A program made the position numbers and the translations under genes. The notes beneath the pieces are model-generated. The model made no database searches and had not been told where the DNA came from. It was given only the letters and a program-made list of their open reading frames with translations. A stretch of DNA of 62,698 nt, filler included, from Asterionella formosa (lineage: Eukaryota), in the NCBI GenBank assembly GCA_002256025.1. It is 18 parts of 18 records of this genome, joined end to end, with 100 filler letters (N's around TTAATTAATTAA, not from the genome) between each part and the next. Parts side by side here need not be neighbours in the genome. Positions count along the whole stretch, not along the records: positions 1 to 1,261 come from NKIB01003365.1; positions 1,362 to 21,815 come from NKIB01003366.1; 16 more parts are not named here. One strand, 5' to 3'. Position 1 is the stretch's first letter; every line of letters begins with the position of its first letter. Positions 1-12,100 of the stretch are shown here, one piece after another.

Positions 1-1261
1 CAAGTTGTGAGTTTAGTGTAGAGGAGCATGGGGAAAACAAGGATGATAAACAAACACTTGGCCAGTATTATTCCATTAACTATCACTGCAAAAAAGGCAT
101 TGTAGTACTTTATGCCACATTGTCTTTTCACTTGGAATGTAATTACCCACTATGGAAATCCAACAAGGTATGGCTGTGCCTGTCAAGGACCTTCTTGTCA
201 TTAAAAAGGCCATAAAACAGAACAAGTCTGCAGACAAGACAAGGGAAACATTACAAGTAAGGCAGCCTCTAGAGTCTCACATTTAGCAAGAGTTCAATCA
301 TGATGGTCATCCTTTTCTCATTCAAGTATAAAATATCCAATTCATCAATGGTATAAGCTGCCTGTGTGCGTGTTGTGTCTGTCAGTTCCAAGTGGTCAGC
401 CAAATTGAAAATTGCTTCCAACTAACAAGAAACCAACTGCAAATATTCGGTTCCTTGTCGCTCGGATGGCCAAGCTGCATCTGTGTTGAAGGCAAATTCT
501 AAGGACGAGAGGGATGCGCCAAGCCAGGTTCTCATTGACGGCATCCCTGTCAAAAGGCAGTTGTTTTCTTGTTTCCTTGGCCATTATCCTGAGACAGAGT
601 GTATGGACCAATGCACTAACCCAAAAAACAGTGGGTTTTCTGCTAAGAACTGACAATCCAGCAAATGCTAAAGAAAGACTTAGACAATTCTGCAAGATGA
701 TGATGTGAGCCCTGTATGTCATTGTAAACCTTTCTAGTCACCTAGCCAGAGTGCCCATGATGTGCAAGACATCGGGGATTATAGTCCACTGTTAGTTTAT
801 TTTTTTCAAGTTCAATGCTGACTTTGAGACTGACTAACAAGTATAGATTACTCATGAATTCCTGGTTACTAGAGTATAAGTTCTACTTTCTTTGTTGTAG
901 AGGTGACCGTTTAACCATAAGGAAATCACTGTATCATGATATCCTACGTCGAAATCAAACATTGTAATAAGTGTTCTGAAATGTGTGGTTATGCATTTTA
1001 CTAGGCTAAATGTTAGTAGAACATGTCTATAGCTGATGAATCATATATCTGGGGTTGGTTTACATAGCCACACTATCCCTATAGGTCAGATCCATTCTTG
1101 AGCTAGCTAAAGTTCTACTTTAGTAGAGCTTGTCGAATGGTCAACATTTGCTATGTTTGTTGTAACTATTTAAATAGCCTTATGTGTAGGCTAACCAGCC
1201 AAGCAATGTACCATAGGTCCATGTTACACCACAGCTTGCTCTAGGAACCAACAAACCAACA

Positions 1262-1361
1262 NNNNNNNNNNNNNNNNNNNNNNNNNNNNNNNNNNNNNNN
1301 NNNNNTTAATTAATTAANNNNNNNNNNNNNNNNNNNNNNNNNNNNNNNNNNNNNNNNNNNN
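1262..1361. other. Artificial contig-joining spacer (first of 17)
   Basis: 44 N + TTAATTAATTAA (stops in all six frames) + 44 N. Identical spacers start at 21816, 23174, 24532, 25889, 27246, 28603, 29960, 50493, 51850, 53207, 54566, 55923, 57279, 58634, 59989 and 61344. Confidence 0.98.
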
Positions 1362-4300
1362 ATTTCGGCAATCCCAGGGCTGGAAAACCGAGGGGCAATT
1401 GGTGTCTGTTGTCTTGCCAAAATGCGAACATATGAAATATATAAAATATATTTTAATGATGGGCAATATCGGACCTTTGGCAATTTTCGAGGTGAAGATA
1501 GGAAATATCCAACATATTTTTTATATGATGGGCAATAGTAGGCTAAAATTGACATTTATGCTAAATTTGTGGGCAGTAGGTAAGCGAATGACGCGACGAT
1601 AGCTAGAGCGGGAATTGCCTCAACAATACCCTTCTCGGCGGCTACTTGCCTTCTCGTATACATGTGTACTCGCAGGCAAGAGACCACCTCGGGCGTGTAT
1701 TGCCTTCAGCAAGTAGCAAAGCGTCGTTCTCAATTTTCGTGGAGATAATTCGTATTTTCGTCATGGTCAAGGTTGCCAAAACATCATCAAGGATTCTCAA
1801 GTTGCTCGCAACTACTACCTGTCTTCTCTTGTGTTTTATATTTACAAAAGAATAGCAACATGATAGCTAAAACATTATATACTAGTGCCTACGAGCACGA
1901 AAAGAATTATAGCACGTTATGTTGTCTATGACAAGAAAAATATTGGGTGTTTGGTTCCACCTCGAGAAAAATGTACAGGGGGGTCCAGGAACCATAGTAG
2001 GAGGGTCCATGACAATGAAGTATATGGTAGCTACTTTATAAAGCTTACCACTTTACCAAGGTTAATTTTCTTGTTTATTGGAAATAAGACATCTTAAATT
2101 TTGCCAATTACTTCACCAAGAATCATCCTGCCTCCCATCACATCTTGATGCATTCTAAGCATTTACATAGTTCAGTATCGCTTGAAGGGAACTATTTTCT
2201 TGACTCTAGCAATGCTACTGTCTCCACCAATATCTATTGTTTTGGTCCACCATTAGCAATGGCCTCAACTTTGACTATTTCGAGAATTCTCAGAACATAT
2301 GTTTAATACAACAGTCGACTTGGAATAATTTTGAAGCTCCGTTGGAAATCGAAGTCGAACACTTCGGTTTCAAGTTTCATATAAATGATTTTAAGAATTG
2401 AGTTTTGAGTTGGTAAAGCATAGCAAAAATAGGGAACTTGGTGCAGAAAAACAAGACGCACTGAAAATTGCAGATTGAATACATATTCGATATTTTATCA
2501 TGTCTGTCACTTCCGCATTGGCACAGCATTACAAGAAAGCAGCTCAAGATAGCTACAAGGAAGTGCACATTGAAACTGGGACTTAATTCAACCCAATTTT
2601 TTAGAGAATTCCAATATGGGGCAATCTTGGAAGGCGACTGATCCTATGAGCACATGGTATGCATTGTCGCTCGAAAATTGCGTTGATGGTCTCAGCCAAA
2701 GTCCTCTACCCTAAATTTGATTTCTTGTTTCTATTTCATCCCTCGATCAGTGGACACGACCGTCAGAATCGGTGATTTTATGAATGTGGAAAGAATGACA
2801 AAGCCCTATGGAGGTGCACAAAAAAGGTTGATATGTACAATTATAATTGAAACACAAGGTCACTTTTTCGAATGTATGTCTAAAGTGATGTATTTTTACG
2901 CTACTATTCTAAAATATTACTTTACTTTTCTGAACTATCAATGTTACTTTTTCCGTAATATATTCGGTTCAAACCAAAATTTACGTGTTCATAAACAAAA
3001 TGTATTTCACTTAGTATCGAATATTTATGTGATCGCACCAGTAAATATGTGGGTTTGAGACAATATTTATCGACCAACCAGCAATCGCGAAAGTATAATA
3101 GTGAAATTATGCTGCTCAGTGGCCAGACTATTATAGTTGTACAACATATCAATTACATAAAAAGTCCCCATTTTCGTTTCAATTATTATTTTTTTCGCGT
3201 TCAAATATTTGTTTGATTGCAACTGCTGCCAAAGAGCAACAAAGCTGTAAGGACGCTTCACAAAGTAGAATTGAGTAGAAGTAGTAGTCTCGCTCAGTAT
3301 CGCACTTCGTTTTTGTCATTTTTGATGCAGAGTTCACAATAAGTCTGATTTAAGGTTGCGGCCCCGCAGTTACACATTGCGAGGTCTGTATTTTCCCAAA
3401 ATATTTTCATGATGTACTACCTCATTCCACACATTGCGTACAACAAAATAAAATAGTTGAAAAGTAAAGTTAGCTCTCACCAAAAGCACCACTTTGCATG
3501 TGCTTAGATACTGTCATTGTTCGATTTAAGGGTAGCTATGTTCAATCTTCAGATATGGTAAGGACCTCATTTGTGGAGAGAATTGGCAGTTATCTCTCTA
3601 GGAATCGCAACTATCCAAAAAGGGGGCTGTCAAGCATTCTAAAAAAATAAGAGGAATAACTGCCGGTTCACTCGAGAAGTTCACTCCTGACGATATAGGG
3701 TACACGGCTATTTATTTTGATCTTCATGAAATCCAAAAAATGTAGAGCAAACCACCTCCAAAAAGTCGACCCTATCGGCGTTTTAAACAGTAGCCAAAAT
3801 ATTGGAATCGGAATTCTTATGTACGAAACCTTTCTTGTAGCCTTATTCATGCATAGCTAGGTATGTTTTGCTGCATAATTCTCTGTCCTAAAAGACTCCA
3901 AGGTAAGTACCAATGTCACTACACATATTCTGATCGGTTGAATTGAAATTACTCACCTGCTCCAGATTGGCTGAAGTATTCCGGTCTTGTTAAATCTCGC
4001 CAGCCACACTTGAACCAAAAGAATTAGATGTAATTTATACCGATAGGTAAAATCAGTGCCGGTACTACTAGTTTCATCCTGTCTTCCATCATCATGCACC
4101 AAGATTATGTCCTTTGCCTTCGGGCGTAGAGTAATATTAAAACTACATATTGCAACGTAGATTCAATATAAACATATAAATGATATCATTTCTTTTGTTT
4201 GAACAAAACCATGAGTATACATATTGACATACTCCTGATTTATACATGTGTTTGGCGTGGAGCAAAATTGAGTCACGACAATTAGTGCGTTGTCATGATC

Positions 4301-4559
4301 TCACCCTGTGGATCGTCTTCGTTATCTTCAGATAATAAATCTGTTGTGAACCGTTCTGGCGGACGAGATACTGTATACTGGAACAGGCACGCTAGTACCA
4401 ATAAATTGTTTCAAACCTTCGCTCATAAAAAGGGATACATCAGGAATTTGAAGAATCAAATGGAAGTACCACAATATTTTGTGAAATTTAAACAGTTCTT
4501 GTAATTCATTGTTGTTTTTTTCATCGATTGTTGTTGTTGCTCGCTCTCCTACTACCTTT

Positions 4560-4970
4560 GTCGTATTGGTCTTCAGCTTGCATTTGGAATTATGTTTGAT
4601 TATCTTTGTGCTCCATCCGCATCTTGTTCTTCTTCTTGCGTTTGGAATTATGTTTGATTATCTTTGTGGCTCCATCCCCATCTTGTTCTTTGTCTTGCGT
4701 TTCGAATTAAGTTTGATTATCTTTGTGGCTCCATCCCCATCTTGTTCTTCATCTTGCGTTTGAAATTGTAATGTTGATTATTGTTGTGGCTCGACACCAG
4801 TCTTGTTATTCATCTTGCATTTGTAATTGTGTTTAATTTTTGTTGTTTCTTGTTGTTGGTTATGGTTCTACCCCATCTTCTTGTTCTTCGTCTTGCATTT
4901 AGGAATTTTGTTTGATTATTGTTGTGTCTAGTATTTACCCCGTCTTGTTCTTTGTTTTGTGCTTGGAATG
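4560..4970. repeat. Degenerate tandem repeat, ~59-bp unit, ~7 copies
   Basis: CATCTTGTTC recurs at 4620, 4679 and 4738. Unit approximately CTTGCGTTTGGAATTATGTTTGATTATCTTTGTGGCTCCATCCCCATCTTGTTCTT, decaying rightwards. Confidence 0.85.
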
Positions 4971-6025
4971 ATTTTTTGAAAGGAAGCAGACCTTCTGTTT
5001 TGTCACCTGTCATGAGCTCAATCTGAAAATCTTGTTCTTTGCCTACAGACAATTAATCTGATGAGGACGAATCGCCATTGATAGGAATTGTTCATTCAAC
5101 TAGCTCCAGATATTATGTTACCCATTGTGCAATTTGTAATCTCAGAAACTCACAGCAATGCGAATCTTGTTCTTTCTTTACAAGCAATGATCCATCTGTT
5201 GATGATAATCTCCTCCTACTCCTACTGCTGGTGAGAATCAAATCTACTTACCAGTTGTAGTGGCCTAAGTGGGATTCATACAGTATTCAGCCGCAAGAGA
5301 AAATGCGAATTGAGTTCTTGATTTTTTGATAATAGCGTGCTATGGAATGCATCAATATAGGCGATTATTATTTGAAACGACTATTTGATTGACTTATTTT
5401 ATTTGCGATTGTTGTAGATTATTCGATTGATCTTGGACAAATGAAAATGCGATTGCTTCCAGCACGTAATTATTTGCTTGACTAACATATGTATTTGTTT
5501 AATCTTGAGGAGGTATTAATTTGAAAAAAGTAACAATAAAATGGGAGCGAAGAAGCACAATTAATGCTATTCATAGTGGAGAATATTTGTGTACGGATAA
5601 GTAGAGAAAGTGGCTGAATTTTTCGTCCCATCGCCAGAAAATATTGTTAGTTGGCCCAAAAAATGTGGGGGTTGGGCAAATAAATTATGGAAGTTTTCGA
5701 TAATGATTTAGTTCACTTCTATCACATAGATTGTATGATGCATGATATTTATATGTGATGTCATACCCTTAAATTATGTACGTAGCCAAATTCGTCATAT
5801 TGGGCCCCCACCCTAATAATCAGCCAATTTGGGTGATAACATTTGAGTAAATATCAATGAAATTTTATGGTGCATTAAAGCTGTCCAATAATTGCACTCA
5901 GGCCCAGCCACCAAACTGATGGACACAATTAGTACCGGTTTTATTCGTCCGTTACGGTACAACGTGACCTGTCTTTTCGTCAGCCGCACCCCCCGGAACC
6001 CTAGGGACTACATGAAAAAGACAGG

Positions 6026-6087
6026 TGGAGAATGCAGGAATCGAACCCGCCACCACGGTGGGTGTGCTAACCACTTAGCCATTCCCC
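6026..6087 (-). pseudogene. tRNA-Ala-derived element (pseudogene or SINE head) with collapsed anticodon arm
   Basis: Minus strand reads GGGGAATGGCTAAGTGGTTAGCACACCCACCGTGGTGGCGGGTTCGATTCCTGCATTCTCCA. Acceptor stem GGGGAAT/ATTCTCC has G3:U70 and A73. A-box TGGCTAAGTGG and B-box GGTTCGATTCC are present. Only 62 nt long. Confidence 0.7.
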
Positions 6088-6126
6088 TCGGTGATCATAT
6101 TTGAATAGCATTTTTGGGAGGTTTAC

Positions 6127-6220
6127 CAGCGAGTTGCGGTCATTTTGCTTAAATGAACAGTTTAATATGAAATAAAGATAGCTAAACATATAGTTTCAGC
6201 ACAATTACCGCAACTTGCAG
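6127..6220. mobile_element. ~93-bp MITE-like element, TIR CAGCAAGTTGCGGT family
   Basis: Ends CAGCGAGTTGCGGT ... ACCGCAACTTGC. Full-length homologue at 56438-56531; isolated TIR copies at ~47242 and ~58591. Confidence 0.75.
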
Positions 6221-6224
6221 TAAT

Positions 6225-7240
6225 CGGCGTTGTAGATGTGGGTCTACACTTGCTTAGTACCTAAGCTGGAACCAGGAAAAACGCAATCAATGGTATTCAA
6301 AGCAGATGACACTGTACTTTTTTGGATTAATCAAGCTGAACAAGCAAGATCAAGAGGGCCATGAAGTTGTACTGGAAGGGGAAACAATGACATTACAATA
6401 CACAAGGATGAGCTCCTTTAACACCTAAAGCAAAGGGTAGGAAGCAATCAATACAATCAACGGCACAAGAACACAGCTTTCCAATTGATGAGACTAAGCA
6501 AAAGTTATTGAAGCAAGGATGGGAAGAATTTAAACCAAAGCGTCTGTTGCAGGTACTTTGGGAGTCAGGATTTACTGACAAATCAACATTGGAGAGCTAC
6601 ACATTGAATAGTAGGCAGGATGAATGGGTTGGATTTACATTGAAGTTATTGATTGGAAGCTGCCTTGATTTTGAGGAAGAGGAGACACTGTTGCATTCAA
6701 CGGGAGTACTTGTTGACCGAACTCTGAAATGTCACTGTGAACTTGCAAAAGCGGGAATCAAGTATTGTAGGCTTTGCGCCGAGAATTTCTACCATCCGGT
6801 GGTTGCTCTGAGGTAAAAGGGGGAAATAGATCTTCAGTTCTGTGGTATAATTGGCATGTCAAGGGACAAAGTGTTAACACACAACAAGAAGGATAAGACA
6901 TTTTCCAAGGCAAGCAAAACAATATATATGTGCATACTCCAAGAATTGGAAAGGTCTCGACAAATGACAAGATGACAGCAGGAGCGATGGAGCGAAGCCA
7001 CTGTTGACACAACACATGAAGTGGACCACATTAGCTTTGAGAAGCTGGTCAAATGATTCAAAAGACACTGCTGCACCCTTGATTTTGTCACAATTTTCTT
7101 CAAGGCAATAACATATGTCTATGATCTAACATAGCAAGCAACAATACAACAAGGCAAACAAGAAGCAAGCAACAAAAGCAAAAAATATGAATGACAATAA
7201 GCAACAGATTGATGTTTCATAACCGTTGCAGGGACCTGTA
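6225..7240 (+). mobile_element. Decayed DNA transposon with IS630-Tc1-mariner-like (DDE_3-type) transposase relic
   Basis: Fragmentary frames include PKRLLQVLWESGF and DFEEEETLL..GVLVDRTLKCHCELAKAGIKY, resembling the PKxHxELxxIE catalytic segment. Many stops and frameshifts. Homologous to the inverted copy at 45135-46144. Confidence 0.6.
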
Positions 7241-7516
7241 TATGAAGCAGAGAGCACAAGAAATATTTATATACATAAATGTGTATATTTATTTATAACA
7301 AATATTGCATTGTTAAGGTTCCTGTATTTCAACCCTAGTAGATAAGAGGTTGGGTTAAATAGATAATAGTGAGTCGGAGTACTCAAACACCTGCTTCTTA
7401 AGAGTAAACCATAAATGTATGTCGCTAAACGGAGCCTTCACCAATACACACCCTTTCAATATGCTTAGATACAGTCATTGATAAAAGTAGAGGTATAGGT
7501 CAATGCTATATATGGT

Positions 7517-7602
7517 CAGGATATAGGATCTGGCAAGAAACTGCAGAAAGGAACTTCGGTTTTTTAAACTATGCTATAAAGACTAGAAATTCAGGGGGAA
7601 AT
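7517..7602. repeat. Single arm of the foldback repeat seen intact at 50602-50753
   Basis: Shares GAAACTGCAGAAAGGAACTTCGGTTTTTTA..CTATGCTA..AAGACT.GAAATT..GGGGAAAT with the element at 50602-50753. Confidence 0.8.
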
Positions 7603-9130
7603 AGCTACTAAGGCTAATGTGTCCTATTATAATGATCTTTTAGGTTGCAACCAGCCATATATATCGGGTTATTTCCGGCTCATTAAGCTGATTTCAGTCT
7701 CGCTTTGAGTCTCAATTTGAAAACCTTATTGTTACTTTCTTCTAACTTTAGATACATCGTTAGATGGAATTTTTTCTCCTGATTAAAAGGGCTATACAGG
7801 TTAAAGATAAAGAATTGGAACTCGAACTTCTAATTTTTAGTCGTGTGTCAGTCATAACATTAAGAAATTCGCAGACACAGATCAGTCTGGACTGGAAGGA
7901 CTCAATGCTGCTGCTTCGATAGAATGATGAAAACAATCAACACATCGAAGCATACCCATGGACCATACACAACATGTCCAAGTCATCGTTTTCCAGTCTA
8001 CACATGTACTTTGGAGGTGGGAGCTTTCAGAACCACAACCTCTGTCCCGAAATTTTTCTAGCCTCTGGGTAGCTGTAAAACAATGTGCTCAGCATTTATA
8101 GTCAATGGAAATGATGAAAATACTATTGGATTGCTCTTTGATCCGTTCAACTGGCTCCTGTTGCAAATTCCTGACTTATCCCACTCATTGTCAAACAAAT
8201 TCTTTGCAACTTCATCATGAAAAACCTTTGCAGATGCTGGGGCATTGTCAACACTAATAGCAACAAATCCAGCTGGGATGGCAATATCGTCAGTTTCAAG
8301 AACTGTGCCTGTACACTTCACAAGTTTGAGAAGCTCCGAAGGCATCACTTCACCTGGCTGCTACTGCCTTCATCATATTAAAAGGTGTTTGGAACACCAT
8401 CTTTTGGCAGGCCGACTTCTCATGTATCTGAAATTTTTTAAACCTATATAAGCTTATCGCCATGCATGCCTCCAGAAACATGCAGTTCTGTAGATTTAGA
8501 TTAACTTTTCAGAAATGAAATATCCGTTGAATTGAGCTGGGGCAAGGGATTGAAAACCAAGACTGAATTCAGTTTAACCGGAAAGAATCCGATATAAAAT
8601 ATGTCACATCATGCATGATGAAGACTACTTAATATCTTATTTAGGGGAGTGTCGATTCACATGATTATTTAGCGGAGAATTTTGAACGCCCCCACGCGCA
8701 GAATACGTTACCAGGGGTGCCACGTTCTATCATTGCTTCGCAGCCATGACAGTTCACATCCCTGCTGCATCATGATATATCATAAATGTTCTTACGTGTA
8801 TGTACTACCTGTACATTGTAGTATGAATTCTACCAGTTATCAAGGTACGTTGTACTACAGAGATATTAAAAAACCTTCGCAACCACATCGATTTGGACAT
8901 GCACACGCACAACTCCATCACCAAGGAAGGCAGGCAGGAGGAGGTGCGGCGAGAAGCCTCTATTTTCGTCCGTCCGACGTACGCATATTTGCCGTACCAC
9001 CCTTCTCGTGCGCTGTATCTAGTGCAGGCAAAGAATAGCCAGCAGCAGCAGCAGCGTCTGATTGCTTTCAAATGCTAGTCCATTGAAAGTAATGAAAGAG
9101 GATCGTTTGTAATCATTTCGTTGCATCGAA

Positions 9131-12100
9131 ATGTCTTCCAGGAGAAAGAGGGAAAGGCCTGAGGCTACCTCCATTCCAGCCGACAAGCCAATTTCGTCCC
9201 TCCCATCGTTTTCAACAAGACGGACAACCGCACAGACGACTCCTACTTCGAAAGTACCAAATATTTCGCCTGGGATTCTTGACAAAAATGGAACAAAAAG
9301 TGGTGAAGAAAAGGTAGAGGCAAATGCAAGTCAATCAAAAGTGACGAGGAGAAAAGTACCTCCACTGACTAAACTAGGGAGTAACAAGAACTTAAAGCCA
9401 CTGTCTAATGTGGAGAATAACGACAATTCGAGTGTACACGGGCAACCAATCGACCTAATGGCTACACCACCACAGAGTGATCTTCCTGGTGATCATGGTA
9501 ATCCCTCGCAGTCAACTTTGCCTGACGATATTATGCCACAGCATCAAAAAATAGAAGAGATAACAGATGCTACAGGAGAAGAAATAAATCCATCACGACT
9601 GCCAGAACGACGAGAAGAACGTATAGCACGAGTTTTATCACATCGACGAACGCTTCTGTCGAGGATACGGCTTTGCAAAAGTGCGGTACAGTCTCGGATA
9701 GATCAACTTACTGAGGAATCAAAGGATTCACCGGTTTCCAAAGCGATACAAGCAAGTGGATCCAATAGAAAAGCTATTGACAAGACGACAGCGGACGAGG
9801 TTGCAGCATTTAGAGAAATGACACGGCAGGCAAATCAAGCAGCAAAACAACAAAGGGCTGAAGTGCTCGAAGCACAGCAGTCTACCGAAAAGAGGACGTC
9901 AGTATCTCTGAGAAGAGGAGCTAGTGTTGGAAAGAAAATGAATGCTGCTTTGTCTTCTTTGGCGCCAGGTGGTGGTTCGTCAACGTTTTTGCCTGAGGCT
10001 GAATTCCACCCACTCTTAATGCCGACGCCTTCTGGTGTTGACATGAACAGCAACACTCTGTTACCCCTAATACCTGGAAACTCCATGCAACAACTGGTTC
10101 CAATAACTATCAAGTCCACTCTGTACAATCCCCCCTTGCCATCGGCACCACCGGTTGCCGCAGTAGTCAACGCGCAAGAACTTATACAACGAAAACGAAT
10201 CAATCATACTCAAAAATCATTCAGGTCGAATTTACCAGCTCGGGGAAATGTACCGGCTTCTGGAAATTTGCCTTATCAAGCTTTGCAAGGGGACCAAACA
10301 TTGACAAGATTTCAATCCTTCGCTTGTCCGGAGGCAATGACTTTGAGAGAGCGACGGAGTCATTTACGCGCAAAGTTGGAATCACTATATCTTGAAAGTG
10401 AAAAGGAAATGAAAGAAAGTACGGAGACTCGAGCAACGCAGTTAGATGCAATGGTTCATTCGCACCAACCAACAACCTGTCAGCAACGAATAATGGTAAC
10501 AAAGATTCCCAACGTAAAAGCTCGATTGAATGGTCCAAGTCAACCATCGAAATTACCACGGCGTCGTAAGGTCCAGTGGGATTACGTACTGGAAGAGATG
10601 CGATGGCTCGCGTCAGATTTCATCGAAGAAAGAAAATGGAAGTTATCGTCAAGTAGGATTATTTCTGTAGCAGTTACAGCCAGCGTATCAACTCTGAGTC
10701 AAGCAAAAGAGCTGGACGGCCAGAAGATTCAGACCGAGTCGTCGGTGCAGGCTATGGATATCGATAGCGACGAAAAGAAAGAAGATACTTCTCCAATCAA
10801 AGACAAGAAATTGCCTAGCACGAGGCAGGAGAACGATTCAAAAGGACGCAGTGTCAGTATTCAAAGAGTTTATTTTGATCCTACTCCACACGATCTCGAG
10901 GCATCCCACATTGTTGCTCGTAATCTTTGCACTTTGCTCAGTGGAGCATGGGAACTGATCGCAGATGCGGAAAGGCCATCTCAATGCTCGGGGTCTGCTA
11001 ATCCGAGTGAAAACCTCTCAGGTGACAGATCAAGCAACAGACATATCACGATAGGAAATGATACTTCAGCTACGGATAAAATTATTTCAGCTGAGAAGAA
11101 ATCCATCGAGCTCACTATAGACGTGAATGAACGAGAAAACCCGATTGCCTTGATCGACGTGTCCAATGAGCACATTTCCAAGTCAATCAATTCGATTGTT
11201 GAAAAACTAGAACGCAGGTCTAAACAGAGGAGCCGACGACCGAAGAAGTCTGCTCGGCATGTTGTAAATTTGTCGCCAGAACAGCTTAAGGTTGTTGATT
11301 TTGCGGAGTACGTGTGGGGCCTAGGCGACAACGCAGGTGCACTAGTGGAATGCGCAATAAGAAGCGAAACTGATTTTGTACGCGAATTGTTGCATAGTTC
11401 AGAAACCGATGGGCCTCGCTTAGTTTTGTGCCCGGCAGTCAGACAGGTAAGTTGCCTAGTTTTTTGGAGCATCACAAAGTGAAGAATCGCTGATCATTTT
11501 TACCGTGCGCCTTCCTTTGTAGTTTGAATGGAGGAATGAGCTAAATCAGATTGACGGGCGCCGCGTCCTTACTTTTGGGCAACAGGGTATTGCGGCAAAT
11601 TTCCATTTACAAGGACAGAAGACTGTTTCCAGGTCAATTGCAGACTGTATCATTGCTGACTTTTCCTTGCTTGACGAAGTTGATGCACACTTGGATTTTA
11701 AATCATTCGCCATTATCGTTGTTGATACGAGAGCAACACAAATGTCATCGAGCACTGCTGAAAATGGTTGGATTGGGTCTCAGTTTGTTTCGGTGATGTG
11801 GTGGTCTTCATTATTAGAAAAGCTTGCGTCAACTACAGCACGCCGTATTATCTTATCGTCACCCATTGATAAGGTCGCACGGTGCAACTCAGGTGATTTG
11901 TCGGAAGCGCATAGACTGCGATTCGACTTTTTGTGTGCGCAGGTTGCTTTTGTCGTCGGTCCAAATTGTTTTTCTTCGAGTCAGAAGGGCATTCTTCGCA
12001 GGGTTTTGTCCTGGGCGAAGCATGAATCGAAAGCAGAGCTTGGAGGAAAGAAGGCAATGCCTCACTTAGTTGAGACGAAACTGATCAAACTTATTGATAT

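Noticed and set aside
1..720. Possible decayed coding sequence
   Set aside because: CpG-poor, broken frames with no motif I can assign; probably a TE relic.
7950..8450. Minus-strand 96-aa ORF and flanks
   Set aside because: Stops on both sides and no recognisable family.
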